From: a virus
IMG/VR virus record: IMGVR_UViG_3300046808_001035
Length of the DNA stretch: 64,000 bases
Strand: one strand, 5' to 3'
Shown: piece by piece, positions 18,888-28,894 of the stretch
How the letters are laid out: each line of letters starts with the position of its first letter
How positions within the stretch are numbered: position 1 is the first letter of the stretch
Notes under the pieces: model-generated
Databases searched by the model: none
What the model was told of the DNA's origin: nothing
The model's input: the letters and a program-made list of their open reading frames with translations, nothing else
Position numbers and translations under genes: made by a program

Positions 18888-19781
18888 TTATTCTTCTGCA
18901 TCTTCCTTTTCTGTTTCAGTTTCTTCCTCAGTAGCCTCGTCTTCTCGAGCTTCATCAAATACCTTATTGATTACCTCAAACAAATAGCCGCGCTCAAGAG
19001 GACGACCATCCATTCTCAATAGCTCGATCATACGTGCAAAGTAGCTCGTATCTACTCCTGTAAGCTGATCTTCGAGAATCTCATAGTTTTGCAGGTCTAG
19101 CTGACTAGCATCATAGATGATCTTGAACATTTCGCCAGCAGTGATGTTCCAGCCACGCTTGATGAACTTTTTGATCCTGAACAACGAGCATACAGGGTAG
19201 AGACTTCCTACATATTTGAGCTCTTTAGAGAGAATGCTCTCAAGAGCTGCAGGATGCAGTACGAGATCAGTGTTTTGGCTGAAGTAGTTTGTCGCATGCA
19301 CGAAGTCGTAGTTCTTGTGAATCTGGGAAGCATCTCCCACAAACCTGAGTACGAGCTGGATTTCGTTGGTGAGAGTGATCGCATTAGAAGTGATCATACT
19401 CACACGATACCGGCCTTTGTTCTCAGCGCCTTCAACTGCGTCAAATTTATCGAGCACACCTTTGTCAAAGATCTTTACCTCTACGCGATCTTCTGACTCG
19501 ATGACATCTGCGAAATCACTATAGTGCTCACCTACAAGTTGCTTCAGATAGTATTTAGCAAGCCTCGCTGCAACACTAGCATCATCGAAATAGATGTCAT
19601 AGTCGTTGGGGAGGTCTCCCTGAAGCATACTTGCAATAGCTCCTCCTGTGAGGATATAGTGAGATTTAACATCTCTTCGGAGATCTTCGTCGTTGATTGT
19701 CTTGAGCCAGCCAGCGATCTTGTGCTTGATGGTCTGCTCGATTGTCTTGCGCTTGAATCCGCGTTTGTTGTTGTCGTTCAT
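18888..19781 (-). CDS. Pol-beta-superfamily nucleotidyltransferase (paralog of 16962..17756)
   Basis: LTGGAIASML...NDYDIYF; YDFVH; NAITLT shared. Confidence 0.65.
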   Translation of the reverse strand: MNDNNKRGFKRKTIEQTIKHKIAGWLKTINDEDLRRDVKSHYILTGGAIASMLQGDLPNDYDIYFDDASVAARLAKYYLKQLVGEHYSDFADVIESEDRVEVKIFDKGVLDKFDAVEGAENKGRYRVSMITSNAITLTNEIQLVLRFVGDASQIHKNYDFVHATNYFSQNTDLVLHPAALESILSKELKYVGSLYPVCSLFRIKKFIKRGWNITAGEMFKIIYDASQLDLQNYEILEDQLTGVDTSYFARMIELLRMDGRPLERGYLFEVINKVFDEAREDEATEEETETEKEDAEE

Positions 19782-19804
19782 AAATAAGTTTGATTTGTTA
19801 AGGT

Positions 19805-20038
19805 TTATAATGCTGCTCGGGTTTCTTGTACCGTCACCTCTTCCCAGGAATACACAAGTGCTGATAGAGGTTCTTTAGCTATTTCGTATCCACCCTCTGT
19901 TAACTCTATTTTCGTACGCATTGGTCGAGGCTCGTTTGAAGGATACATCATTGCCCCTCTTTCAGTCATAGATACGATCTGCATAGGATTGATAAAAACT
20001 GTCTCGTCTTTTTCTGTGGTGATTTTAAGTAAACGCAT
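19805..20038 (-). CDS. FlbD-like small protein
   Basis: LLKIT...VFINP.QI.SM....T.IEL..G....KE pattern. Confidence 0.4.
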   Translation of the reverse strand: MRLLKITTEKDETVFINPMQIVSMTERGAMMYPSNEPRPMRTKIELTEGGYEIAKEPLSALVYSWEEVTVQETRAAL

Positions 20039-20049
20039 AATTTTATTTG

Positions 20050-20346
20050 TTAAGGGTTGTGGACAATTACAGCGTCGGCTAGTCCTGCGTCATAGCCTCG
20101 GCTATATTCTTCTTCTACCTTTTCTTCCAGCCTTTCAATTTTACTTTCGAGCTCTTTGATCTCTTCTCTTAGCTCGTCTAGCAACCTTTCTGCTTCATCA
20201 TGCTCGACATATTCTCCATGATAGCGATCCGCTAGCATCTCGGATTCTATAAAGTTATTTCCGCACTCCTCACAGGAGGAAACATACATTTTGTATCTTG
20301 TCATATTATAGTGCTTTTCCGTTGAGTTGTGCGTACCGTACATCAT
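20050..20346 (-). CDS. hypothetical coiled-coil protein
   Basis: ORF in the array. Confidence 0.5.
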   Translation of the reverse strand: MMYGTHNSTEKHYNMTRYKMYVSSCEECGNNFIESEMLADRYHGEYVEHDEAERLLDELREEIKELESKIERLEEKVEEEYSRGYDAGLADAVIVHNP

Positions 20347-20545
20347 CGCCAGCTACACTCAGCGAAGATGCAAATACTTTAGAGCTTTGAGGGCCTCCAT
20401 AATAAAACCATACCCTTACAATATCTCCTTCTCTGCTATCGGTACGCTCGTCTAGGTTAACCAGCCCATGTTTACCGTGCAAACGATGATCTGGTTGCAG
20501 AGTGCTAGGTTGATTGACCCATACTCTGGTCATCTGGGTTTCCAT
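20306..20545 (-). CDS. conserved small phage protein
   Basis: WVNQPSTLQP.H.LHG motif. Confidence 0.55.
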   Translation of the reverse strand: METQMTRVWVNQPSTLQPDHRLHGKHGLVNLDERTDSREGDIVRVWFYYGGPQSSKVFASSLSVAGDDVRYAQLNGKAL

Positions 20546-20699
20546 AGCTTACAAGTTTGTATAGTAGATTGCGGTTGTCTCGGCATCGAGAACGACTGCT
20601 TCATGCCAGGCAACAAACTCGTCCTGGTTCCATTCTTTGTTGAATACTTTATCGAACGCCTCTCTGGCTGAGATTTTGATCAGTTCTTCGTGAGACATA

Positions 20700-21020
20700 T
20701 TAAATATCTTTACTAAGCTCATCGACTTCTTTTTGAAGCGCTGCGATCTGCCCGTTTAGTACGTGTACTTTATCAAGGGTTTTTTGTCTTTCTCTTTGTC
20801 TATCATCAAGAATGTCGCCTATCGTCTTATCTTCCCATATACTTCTAATTGGATAACCGTCGATACTCCAATGCGCAGGCAGATCTTCTTTGTGATTTAT
20901 CTCACACACAGAAGACACTGTACATTTGTATCCACAAGCCGCGCCTACAATTAATCCAGCAGCATCACGGTCGTCTGCCACCACAACCGCGTCTAACTGC
21001 ACTTTGTATAATTTTTTCAT
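20700..21020 (-). CDS. paralog family E protein
   Basis: MKKLYKV...EIN..EDLPAHW...YP. Confidence 0.65.
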   Translation of the reverse strand: MKKLYKVQLDAVVVADDRDAAGLIVGAACGYKCTVSSVCEINHKEDLPAHWSIDGYPIRSIWEDKTIGDILDDRQRERQKTLDKVHVLNGQIAALQKEVDELSKDI

Positions 21021-21071
21021 ATTTACTTTCTTATTCCCCAGATGTCGTATTTTTGAGGTGTAGTTTTTATA

Positions 21072-21422
21072 TTACCAAACAATATAGAACAGAATGTCTT
21101 CGTCTTGTGTGAGATTGTAATGCTTAACCAATAGGCTGTTGAATTGGTTGATTAAATCTTCATCGCTCTCACGGAAATAATCTAAGCTATCAGTTATTCG
21201 CCATGGCAGATAACAACCATTAGTGATAGTGACAGGTACGTAAGATTTCCCATCTGTATCTGTAAGCAGACTCCAGAGAGTGTCCTCGAGATCAAAATTT
21301 TCCTGAGCTCTGAAGAAATCTATCAGGCTCATATAGTCAATTACTTTTGTAGTTTCAAATTCTGGTTTTTGTTGCATTTTATTCAGAAGTTTTTCCATAA
21401 AGTAGTTTTTCCAGTTCTTCAA
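21072..21422 (-). CDS. hypothetical phage protein
   Basis: ORF in the array. Confidence 0.5.
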   Translation of the reverse strand: MKNWKNYFMEKLLNKMQQKPEFETTKVIDYMSLIDFFRAQENFDLEDTLWSLLTDTDGKSYVPVTITNGCYLPWRITDSLDYFRESDEDLINQFNSLLVKHYNLTQDEDILFYIVW

Positions 21423-21702
21423 TGCGTGCCTTGAGTCTTAGGTTCTCTTCAGAGATGTATTTCTCGCTGAGCTTTTCCAAAATAAACCTTATTGAATCGT
21501 CCGCAATAGCTCCGTCGGTTGCTTCAATCGGGCTGTATGTAATCTTCCAGCCGGTAGGTATATCTGCCTCTGATTTAATTTCACTCAAAGAATTTGGTAC
21601 ATATCCCATTGAGTCTTCGTGGAGAGCTCTAGCAAATTCAAGACTCTCCTCAGGCTCAACGAGGATGACTGCACTGTATGTTGCTTTATATAGTCTTTTC
21701 AT
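21379..21702 (-). CDS. paralog family E protein
   Basis: Start trimmed to MKRLYKA; EIKSEADIPTGW...SP. Confidence 0.65.
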   Translation of the reverse strand: MKRLYKATYSAVILVEPEESLEFARALHEDSMGYVPNSLSEIKSEADIPTGWKITYSPIEATDGAIADDSIRFILEKLSEKYISEENLRLKARIEELEKLLYGKTSE

Positions 21703-21703
21703 G

Positions 21704-22003
21704 TTAACTTTTCTTGATAATTTTCCTGATAAAAATATGCCAAACAAAACCATTCACATGAACAGTCTTTAGATGAGTCAGCTCGTCAGCATCTTCAATC
21801 TCCCAGCCTGTACCGTAAATTTCGAGGTTAACAGGAATTGGGGGTTGGCTAGGATCTACAACCGCCCAAAGATATAGCTCAGATCCTTGGAATTCGAAGT
21901 CGATAATATCGTCCCAAGCCCAGCGCGGCAGTTCGACACTTGCTTTGTGTGGAGCGTCATGAGCTCTATCCCAATTGACCAGGTATTTATAGATTTTCTT
22001 CAT
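21704..22003 (-). CDS. conserved phage hypothetical protein
   Basis: MKKIYKY...LWAVVDP...IYGTG...FVWHIF; start trimmed. Confidence 0.6.
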   Translation of the reverse strand: MKKIYKYLVNWDRAHDAPHKASVELPRWAWDDIIDFEFQGSELYLWAVVDPSQPPIPVNLEIYGTGWEIEDADELTHLKTVHVNGFVWHIFIRKIIKKS

Positions 22004-22022
22004 GTTTGTTGTGTTAGTGTGC

Positions 22023-22466
22023 TTATTGTGTGCTGGGTTGGATGTCTGGAAAATAAGCTCTAAACAGATCAACTGCTTCTTGTGCGATCAAAAGCGCCTG
22101 ACAGCGTCGAGAATATTTTTCCATGTTTTCACTAGAGTCTCTAGTTAACTCAAACCCTGAACCCATATGTACATAATGATTGCTATATGTCAGATGTAGA
22201 ATAGACCCGCCGCACATATTCTCCTGGTTTGCAGAAATCTGACGGAACATCACTCTTCTAGCGTCGTAAATAGTGATTTCTGCCACTGGCGCTGTTAACC
22301 CTTTTGGTGGTTTTGGATTGATATACACTACAAAATCCTCTTCGGCAAAAACGCTTCTAGGTGTTCTATAAAGAAACTTATCAGCTACAGGCCAAAGGTT
22401 AGGGCAATTTTTCTCTCGAGTGTGAGGTCTGTTTGCAAAGTAAATTTTATGCATAGCTCTATTCAA
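22023..22466 (-). CDS. hypothetical protein (paralog of 17763..18173)
   Basis: CPNLWPVAD motif. Confidence 0.65.
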   Translation of the reverse strand: MNRAMHKIYFANRPHTREKNCPNLWPVADKFLYRTPRSVFAEEDFVVYINPKPPKGLTAPVAEITIYDARRVMFRQISANQENMCGGSILHLTYSNHYVHMGSGFELTRDSSENMEKYSRRCQALLIAQEAVDLFRAYFPDIQPSTQ

Positions 22467-23268
22467 GTGCGGCTGTTTTATGAATTAACAACTCGTTATT
22501 TTCGATTGTGATGTAGTGGTCTAGATGTGTATCTATGTTTATGTTGTAGCTCGTACCTGGTTTTAAGATATACTTGCTTATAGACACAACATCGCTATCA
22601 GGGGCTATAGTTGTTCTATAAGCATCTAATACTTCAGGAGTAGCTAGCGGAGTATGCCCTACAATTTGACTTAATGTAGGTATAGGTTCATACTCATATC
22701 GCCAATCCATCCAGGTTATTCCTCCAACCACTTCTCTGCCTCCTCGGGCAATGCCTGCACTTAAGATCGGATCGTCGAGCCCCATGGCTAGCAACCTCTC
22801 AGCAACTTCGCATCTTTCGATAATATCTTTTGCTGTGAGCTCGTCTGTGAATGGCTTTGCAAAATGATGCTCGCTTGCCCCAGCATGACTTAGCAACAAA
22901 TCGTAACATCCTTCGATCTCTAGTCTATAGGCCAGCTTTGGACTATAACCAATAACCGTAGACCCTTGGAATACGCTGTTGATTGCCTTCAGCTTCTCTC
23001 TAGTGTTACCGCTGCATGCGTGTCTGTCGTATGTAGCGGGGTACAGATAAGGGATGTCGTGGTTACCTAGTAGCCAGATAAAATTGTCACCGTACTTACT
23101 GTATAAATCTACAATGTATCTAGCTGTATTCTCTGTCTGCTCGGGTGTGTCGTAGAAATCGTCAAACCAATCGCCTAGGGAGATTAGCCTATCAAAAGTA
23201 TTGTTATTTATTATTCTAGACAATTTGTCTAGCTTTTGATGCACGTCAGGAATGATTAATGTTCTCAT
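22459..23268 (-). CDS. calcineurin-like metallophosphoesterase
   Basis: PDVH, GDWFD, GNHD, SHAG and VGHT motifs. Confidence 0.9.
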   Translation of the reverse strand: MRTLIIPDVHQKLDKLSRIINNNTFDRLISLGDWFDDFYDTPEQTENTARYIVDLYSKYGDNFIWLLGNHDIPYLYPATYDRHACSGNTREKLKAINSVFQGSTVIGYSPKLAYRLEIEGCYDLLLSHAGASEHHFAKPFTDELTAKDIIERCEVAERLLAMGLDDPILSAGIARGGREVVGGITWMDWRYEYEPIPTLSQIVGHTPLATPEVLDAYRTTIAPDSDVVSISKYILKPGTSYNINIDTHLDHYITIENNELLIHKTAALE

Positions 23269-23271
23269 TGT

Positions 23272-23871
23272 TTAGAATTTTTCGGCCTTCGAAGCACATT
23301 CGTAGCATAATGTTTTCCATGAAGTGCAAGAGTGAAGTTCTCCTGGCGACCCGTCGTTCTCGCAAGTTTTCTTACTGAGCGCCTCAGCATAGTCAACAAC
23401 ACCTGCCACCCAACCAAGATACTTACTACGCTCAATATCAATAGTCCTACTGTTAAACATAGTAACGTCACTAGGCTTAAAACAATCAACAACCTTATAT
23501 TGTACGCGTAATACACCAAACTTTTCTTTAATTCTAACAATCTTTGTCTTAAACCCATTGAAGTGTGCATATCGCCTGTTTAATTTTTGAGAGTATAGCG
23601 CGTAAGATGGAATACCAAAGAGTCTTTCAACCCTCCTGGCCATGTTGTGTAGCATAACATCAAGCTTATAGGCTCCCCAAAAAGGCTCTTTAACTTCAGC
23701 AATAAAAGACTGCTCTCCTCCTAGGTGTTCACAAACTAGTCTGATGATCTGCTCCCAGCCATCTCCGCAGGCTATATCTCCAATATTTCTTACAGTGCCG
23801 CCGTTACCATCACTAGTAAAAAATAAGTCTTTGAAGTCTTCAAATAGTGCTAGTTGAATAGCGTCGTTCAT
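23272..23871 (-). CDS. conserved phage hypothetical protein
   Basis: CGDGW and IKEKFG.LR motifs plus C-terminal CE..G...LC..C; start trimmed to MNDAIQ. Confidence 0.6.
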   Translation of the reverse strand: MNDAIQLALFEDFKDLFFTSDGNGGTVRNIGDIACGDGWEQIIRLVCEHLGGEQSFIAEVKEPFWGAYKLDVMLHNMARRVERLFGIPSYALYSQKLNRRYAHFNGFKTKIVRIKEKFGVLRVQYKVVDCFKPSDVTMFNSRTIDIERSKYLGWVAGVVDYAEALSKKTCENDGSPGELHSCTSWKTLCYECASKAEKF

Positions 23872-24216
23872 TTTGTTTTTCGTTGTTTTTAAGCACGGTT
23901 TACCATTTTTCCATGGTAGCTCTATTCTAAGGGTGGTTTTTACTTTCGCTGCTATTGGTGGTGTGTTGAATTTGGCGTGGTTGGCTGTGAAGGCTACAAG
24001 CTCTCCATGAGGGCTCGACCACAATTTACTTTTCATACTATTCGATAAGTAGATGCCTGTATTCTTTGTCGCATAAGACAGAAAAAGCGATACTGAGTTG
24101 TAGCTCAATATCGCTGTTGTTTTCACTGTTCTTTCGTTCTAGTTTTTCTTTAGCTACTGTTTTTACGATACCTAGTATTTGCTCTAGTGTTTTTTCGTTT
24201 AGCATCAAATTGTGTT

Positions 24217-24558
24217 TTATTGTGTTTGCTTTCCGTATTCTACAAACAATGTCCTAGCTTGCTCTAGGGCATGAAGAGCCGCTGTACGCGAGTCTAGATG
24301 GGTCCTTGTGTTAGCGTGCATTGCTGCCAGAATATCTCCAGCTACAGCTAACGCGCTAGGAATACGTGAGCGTACTGTGGCTTCTTGATACTTTTTGTGG
24401 ACTTCTTCAAGAGGCTCTTGTACTGCAAAACTATGACCGTCATGAAGAACAATCATGGTGTTACAATTTTTACTTTTTCCGTCATAAAACGAATTTATCT
24501 TATCTACCACACAATAAACTTTACTATCGTCAAGTGATGTAAGTGTTAATAAACTCAT
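24217..24558 (-). CDS. FlbD-like protein
   Basis: LTLTSLD...I....T.I.L.DG..F.VQE.LEEV. Confidence 0.45.
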   Translation of the reverse strand: MSLLTLTSLDDSKVYCVVDKINSFYDGKSKNCNTMIVLHDGHSFAVQEPLEEVHKKYQEATVRSRIPSALAVAGDILAAMHANTRTHLDSRTAALHALEQARTLFVEYGKQTQ

Positions 24559-24800
24559 AGTCTGTCTTCGTTGTATGCTTTTTGTAGATTCTCTGGGCTA
24601 TCCCAATGGTAGATTTGGTCCATCAGTGCAAAGCAAATCTCTCGCTTTGGCTCGCCTTCAACAAGATTAGTGGTCCCTTCCTTTGTGTGGTGCTGCACTG
24701 TCCAAAGGAAGGGAAATTTACCCTCGTCTTCTTGAATTACAGTATATCTTTCTTTGTTGTATGTGACACCGAATCTCTTTGTACTGTGATGAATTTTCAT
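24555..24800 (-). CDS. hypothetical phage protein
   Basis: ORF in the array. Confidence 0.5.
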   Translation of the reverse strand: MKIHHSTKRFGVTYNKERYTVIQEDEGKFPFLWTVQHHTKEGTTNLVEGEPKREICFALMDQIYHWDSPENLQKAYNEDRL

Positions 24801-25465
24801 AATCCAAATGCTTCTAGTGTGTAGTAGAATGGTCTCCCTTCGATCTCTTTTACCATCTGCAGCATCTTGTCTGCTACCTCACAGATCTCCTTCTGTGCGT
24901 GTATGGACCTGCGTAGGTATAGAAAGTGAGCAAAACTTCTCCAGTTGAACATAACGTCAGAAGCTAACTGACTGTTGTACATCTTGAAGAACCTCGAACT
25001 CTCCTTAGCGCGCTTTCGTCCGAGAACTTTCTCAACGTCTTTCAAACAGGCGTGATACAATCTATTGTTCTGGATAGATTGATCTACCAACACCTCTGCC
25101 CAATTACTATAAGCTCCTAGTCCGTGCTCATCACCTACAGGGACATCGTAGAAATCAGGAGGGATGTAAAACTTATCCTCCTTAAGTTCTTTGTATCTTG
25201 CTGATTCTGTATTTACCGAGCACCCAATTCGGTGTTTTATTAAATGAATGTGCGCACTGATGTCGATATCTACCAGATAATGTAACACACTTTTTTCAAA
25301 AGGGGTACCATGCTCATCTTCTGCTAGCTTTTTAAGCATAGCGGGAAGGCGTTCCAATTTTTCTTTAGGTAAGTCTCTGTATGTACTCGTCCATGCAGAC
25401 AAGCCATGAGTTAGATCACCTCCATAATGGCCTAACCATTCCACTTTGTTTGTATAGTTACTCAT
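24797..25465 (-). CDS. thyX: FAD-dependent thymidylate synthase ThyX
   Basis: H.TPFE, KHRx7SARY (RHR variant), NWRS...F...R and HAQKEI motifs. Confidence 0.85.
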   Translation of the reverse strand: MSNYTNKVEWLGHYGGDLTHGLSAWTSTYRDLPKEKLERLPAMLKKLAEDEHGTPFEKSVLHYLVDIDISAHIHLIKHRIGCSVNTESARYKELKEDKFYIPPDFYDVPVGDEHGLGAYSNWAEVLVDQSIQNNRLYHACLKDVEKVLGRKRAKESSRFFKMYNSQLASDVMFNWRSFAHFLYLRRSIHAQKEICEVADKMLQMVKEIEGRPFYYTLEAFGL

Positions 25466-25814
25466 TGTTTTCAGATTTAGTGTGTGTTGCAGCTATCCAA
25501 GACAAGCGAGATTCCGTTACTTTAACTCCCTCGATAATATAATCATCAAGCTGCCATAATTTAGCTTGGTGTTCTGCCGCTTCAAAGGTGTTGAAGCTTA
25601 TCCACCATTTAAGTGCATAGGTCTTTCCTTCATAGCTTTTGAACTTAGTTGTAATATTTCTTTGATCGCCTGCAGTCCACGGTGACCATATGGCGTAATA
25701 CTCTCTTATTTTAGGAAGCGCACTCTCTTGTACTTTGAATGCAGGAATATCTTCGATATCGCTCAGTGATTTTTCCTGATACTGAACTGTAGATGGTGTG
25801 TTACTCATTTCCAA
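25458..25814 (-). CDS. hypothetical phage protein
   Basis: ORF in the array. Confidence 0.5.
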   Translation of the reverse strand: MEMSNTPSTVQYQEKSLSDIEDIPAFKVQESALPKIREYYAIWSPWTAGDQRNITTKFKSYEGKTYALKWWISFNTFEAAEHQAKLWQLDDYIIEGVKVTESRLSWIAATHTKSENNE

Positions 25815-26484
25815 TACTGAGGCTATATTTTACACCTTTAACAAAGCTATTTTCTAGTGTAGTTTGTATAGTTCTGTAGGCTTTGTCGACTATCTCTAGG
25901 GAGCTTTTTAGCTCAGCTACTTGAACTTGAAGTGCAGCTGCTTCAAGAATGTTTGTGTCTCTTTCCTTTATGGCTGCATCTAGCTCTTTGCTTTGCTCAT
26001 CTAGTCTAATCTGGAGACTGCCGTTGTGGTTTATAGATTTGTTACGCTCTAATTCAAGCTCACTTGCCCTGACACACCATCTGGCGCTTTCGACATTGAG
26101 CCTTTTAATTTCACTGTTAGCAGCGTCTCGCTCGTCCACTAATTTTGAGTTCTCTTTACTGAGTTTTTCACATTGAATTACCTTGTTGGTGATTATGCGA
26201 GTACTATCATCAATAAGCCTACGCAAAGCCATAATACGGCCTCTAGCGTTCAGCTCCTCACCATCAATATGATGAACTAACGGAGCCTCTGCATCATCTA
26301 GTGCTTCGGTAATATATTTACCAAACCCTTCACTACTTTGCTGAGCTATTTTCTCTCGATCTCGAAGCTCTTTATTTTCTTTTACCAGATCTAGATTTTT
26401 TGCAAGGAAGTCGTCGATATACTTTCCCAGGGTTTTGTTTGTTTCTAGCAGCCTTTCGTAGGATTCTTCTAGTTCAGATTTCAT
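25801..26484 (-). CDS. hypothetical coiled-coil protein
   Basis: Long heptad-rich sequence. Confidence 0.6.
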   Translation of the reverse strand: MKSELEESYERLLETNKTLGKYIDDFLAKNLDLVKENKELRDREKIAQQSSEGFGKYITEALDDAEAPLVHHIDGEELNARGRIMALRRLIDDSTRIITNKVIQCEKLSKENSKLVDERDAANSEIKRLNVESARWCVRASELELERNKSINHNGSLQIRLDEQSKELDAAIKERDTNILEAAALQVQVAELKSSLEIVDKAYRTIQTTLENSFVKGVKYSLSIGNE

Positions 26485-26505
26485 ATTGTTTTAGTTTTTT
26501 TGAGA

Positions 26506-27000
26506 CTAATTATTTTTGGAGTACGGCGTGTACAATTTAAATGTTTCTAGATAATCGTCGAGAGCATACACTCCAAGAACGTTGTCTTGTAGATATGCTT
26601 TGAAGAAGCTGTATGACCGATTGTGTCTAGGTGCAGCTGAGTTAAAAGCTATGATCTTAAACCTCTGCCTTGTAAGACACATATCGTCTACCTTGTAGAA
26701 ATAGTCTTCAGCTCTTAAAATCAAGGGAGCACTGATCAATTTCTCAAGCTCCCAAGGCATCAATGCACTTTCCGCCACAACAGACTCTACCTGTTCTGAT
26801 TTAGTAATGACTAGCTTTTTAATTGAAGATCTTCCTCCTACAATGAGATGCGCTGTCTTGTAGTGATCTTCTGCTTCTTGTCTGTCAGTGTAACTAGACT
26901 TAAACGATATGCGTTGTCTTGGCCAACCTCCCGTGTCTGCGATGTTGTACCAATGGCCCGATTCTGCCTGATATTCAATTTTATATGTTCTTTCAAGCAT
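26506..27000 (-). CDS. hypothetical phage protein
   Basis: ORF in the array; resembles the partial ORF at 1..475 in layout. Confidence 0.55.
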   Translation of the reverse strand: MLERTYKIEYQAESGHWYNIADTGGWPRQRISFKSSYTDRQEAEDHYKTAHLIVGGRSSIKKLVITKSEQVESVVAESALMPWELEKLISAPLILRAEDYFYKVDDMCLTRQRFKIIAFNSAAPRHNRSYSFFKAYLQDNVLGVYALDDYLETFKLYTPYSKNN

Positions 27001-27001
27001 A

Positions 27002-28039
27002 TTAACCTTTCTTCATGTCGTAGGGTTGATTCATTACCTTGAGACTCCACCAATCTTGCTGCAGAGCTTGCGACCTAATAGCGTAAATAGGTCGAATAAC
27101 GATACCTTCAGCTTCAGCTCTACCGTGGTCGTATTTTGTACTGTTAGCCATCTCTTGCAGCTCTTCTATGCTGGGCGAATTGTCTGAGAAGGTGAACCTC
27201 GATACCTCAGGTACATGAGGAATTTTGAATGACTCACAGAAGCTTTTTACTGCATCCCAGGGGAACCATACATGCTTATTCACATCTCTGATCTGATAAA
27301 CCATAAATGTTAGGCTATCAAGCTTCATAGGATTTTTTTGAATCCCAGGACCACAAACTTCTCCTTGCAGCGCAAATGAGTTTGGCTGCTTTTTAAGTAT
27401 TTCCTCGAGGTTATATTTTTCAGCTACCTGCCAGAAACAATTATTAGCAGACTTGGCAAACTCAGTATTTCTACCACAAACATAGAACTGCCCATCTTTG
27501 TAGATGAATGTCCCGCTGCTGCCATCACATTTCAATGTAGCTACAAATTCAACATTTTTAAACTGTGCGGAATACCTGGCTTCTTCAAGAGCCTCTGGCT
27601 CATTTCTAAAATTGAGCTCGTCTGTTTTTCTTACGATATGTGTTGGGAACGGAGCCTTTACCTCTCCTGACGTAGACGCACTTGCTGGAGCTACCCACTT
27701 TTCAATATCAAGTAGTACGCTAACTTCTTCACCTTCGCTAAAAAACCTTTCTGTGTACCTATCTGTGAGTACGCTGAGAGGTAACACCAACCCTGCACTA
27801 TATTGCCCACGCATCTTAACTGTCTTGATCCTGGTTTTATCTTCGCCAGTGTATGTCTCATCTACATACTTTTTAGGTGCATATGAGTCAGGGAAGACCA
27901 TCACTACGAGGTCTCCTACACTATACAAACCTTTCCTGACTACCACATGCCAGCCTAATACAGCGGCGCGTTCAATTCTATCTGCTCCTTCAATAGGAGC
28001 TAATTCTAATACTTTTGCGATTACTGCTAGTTTTTCCAT
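27002..28039 (-). CDS. ATP-dependent RNA ligase (DRB0094/Rnl5-type)
   Basis: N-terminal OB-like PIEGADRIE...GW.VVV.KG; KTDE; motif I KCDGSS; QGE; EGIV; K motif. Confidence 0.85.
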   Translation of the reverse strand: MEKLAVIAKVLELAPIEGADRIERAAVLGWHVVVRKGLYSVGDLVVMVFPDSYAPKKYVDETYTGEDKTRIKTVKMRGQYSAGLVLPLSVLTDRYTERFFSEGEEVSVLLDIEKWVAPASASTSGEVKAPFPTHIVRKTDELNFRNEPEALEEARYSAQFKNVEFVATLKCDGSSGTFIYKDGQFYVCGRNTEFAKSANNCFWQVAEKYNLEEILKKQPNSFALQGEVCGPGIQKNPMKLDSLTFMVYQIRDVNKHVWFPWDAVKSFCESFKIPHVPEVSRFTFSDNSPSIEELQEMANSTKYDHGRAEAEGIVIRPIYAIRSQALQQDWWSLKVMNQPYDMKKG

Positions 28040-28250
28040 AAGTTTAGTTTTTTAACATTTCAAATAGTTGGTCTAGGATTTCTTCAGCTAATATGTCCTC
28101 TACAAGATCGCCATCCTGATCATAAACATCAGCTTCGAACCATTTCTCTGAGTCATCAAGTGTGGTAATTTTAGCTAGGTATTTAAGTTCTTTGTACTCG
28201 AGCCACACATTCTTTTTGTGCTCAACTGCAACGCTTATTATGTCCATAGT

Positions 28251-28493
28251 CTAGTCTTTTAACTGCTGTTTGATTTCTTCCATACTGTCGTGAGCCACAC
28301 TCCAATCCATCTCTAGCTCTATACGATCTGCTGTGTACTCCCAGTCTTCGTCGTCCTCAGTTCCAAAACTCTCTGCTGTCCAGTATGCGAATACAATGTT
28401 TTTTACCCCTTCGTGCTTCGCTTCTTCTAGTTGTTGAATTGCTGTGTCTATGTCCATAGGTTTATACGTACATTGCAGACTCGTACCCATCAT
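28251..28493 (-). CDS. hypothetical acidic protein
   Basis: ORF in the array. Confidence 0.45.
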   Translation of the reverse strand: MMGTSLQCTYKPMDIDTAIQQLEEAKHEGVKNIVFAYWTAESFGTEDDEDWEYTADRIELEMDWSVAHDSMEEIKQQLKD

Positions 28494-28701
28494 CTCCCTT
28501 CACAACATCTTCTAGTGTGTATACATTACCAGCTATAGCTATCTCCTCTGGCCAATCACTATAAGGAAAAGCTTTTCCCTTGAATAAATCCACAAGCTTT
28601 CCATCTTTTGTTCTTCTTGCAGCCAAGTCAAAACCTGCAAGAAAGGTGCTGAGTGTTTCGTCTGACAATACTGTCGGTTCTCCACGTTCTGATTCTCTCA
28701 T
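28462..28701 (-). CDS. hypothetical phage protein
   Basis: ORF in the array. Confidence 0.5.
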   Translation of the reverse strand: MRESERGEPTVLSDETLSTFLAGFDLAARRTKDGKLVDLFKGKAFPYSDWPEEIAIAGNVYTLEDVVKGDDGYESAMYV

Positions 28702-28894
28702 AGTCTTTTATAGTTTTATGTTTTCAACATCATACGCCACAATATGATAACTCATGCCTGTTTTTTTATCTGGATCTTCTTCTAATAGTAGTTGTTTCGT
28801 CTCTGCTGATTCTTCTGTTTCGTGAACACTATCAACATGTTCCCAAAATTCAGCACCATCGAAGCGATTACCAAATACTAAATAAACTTTCATA

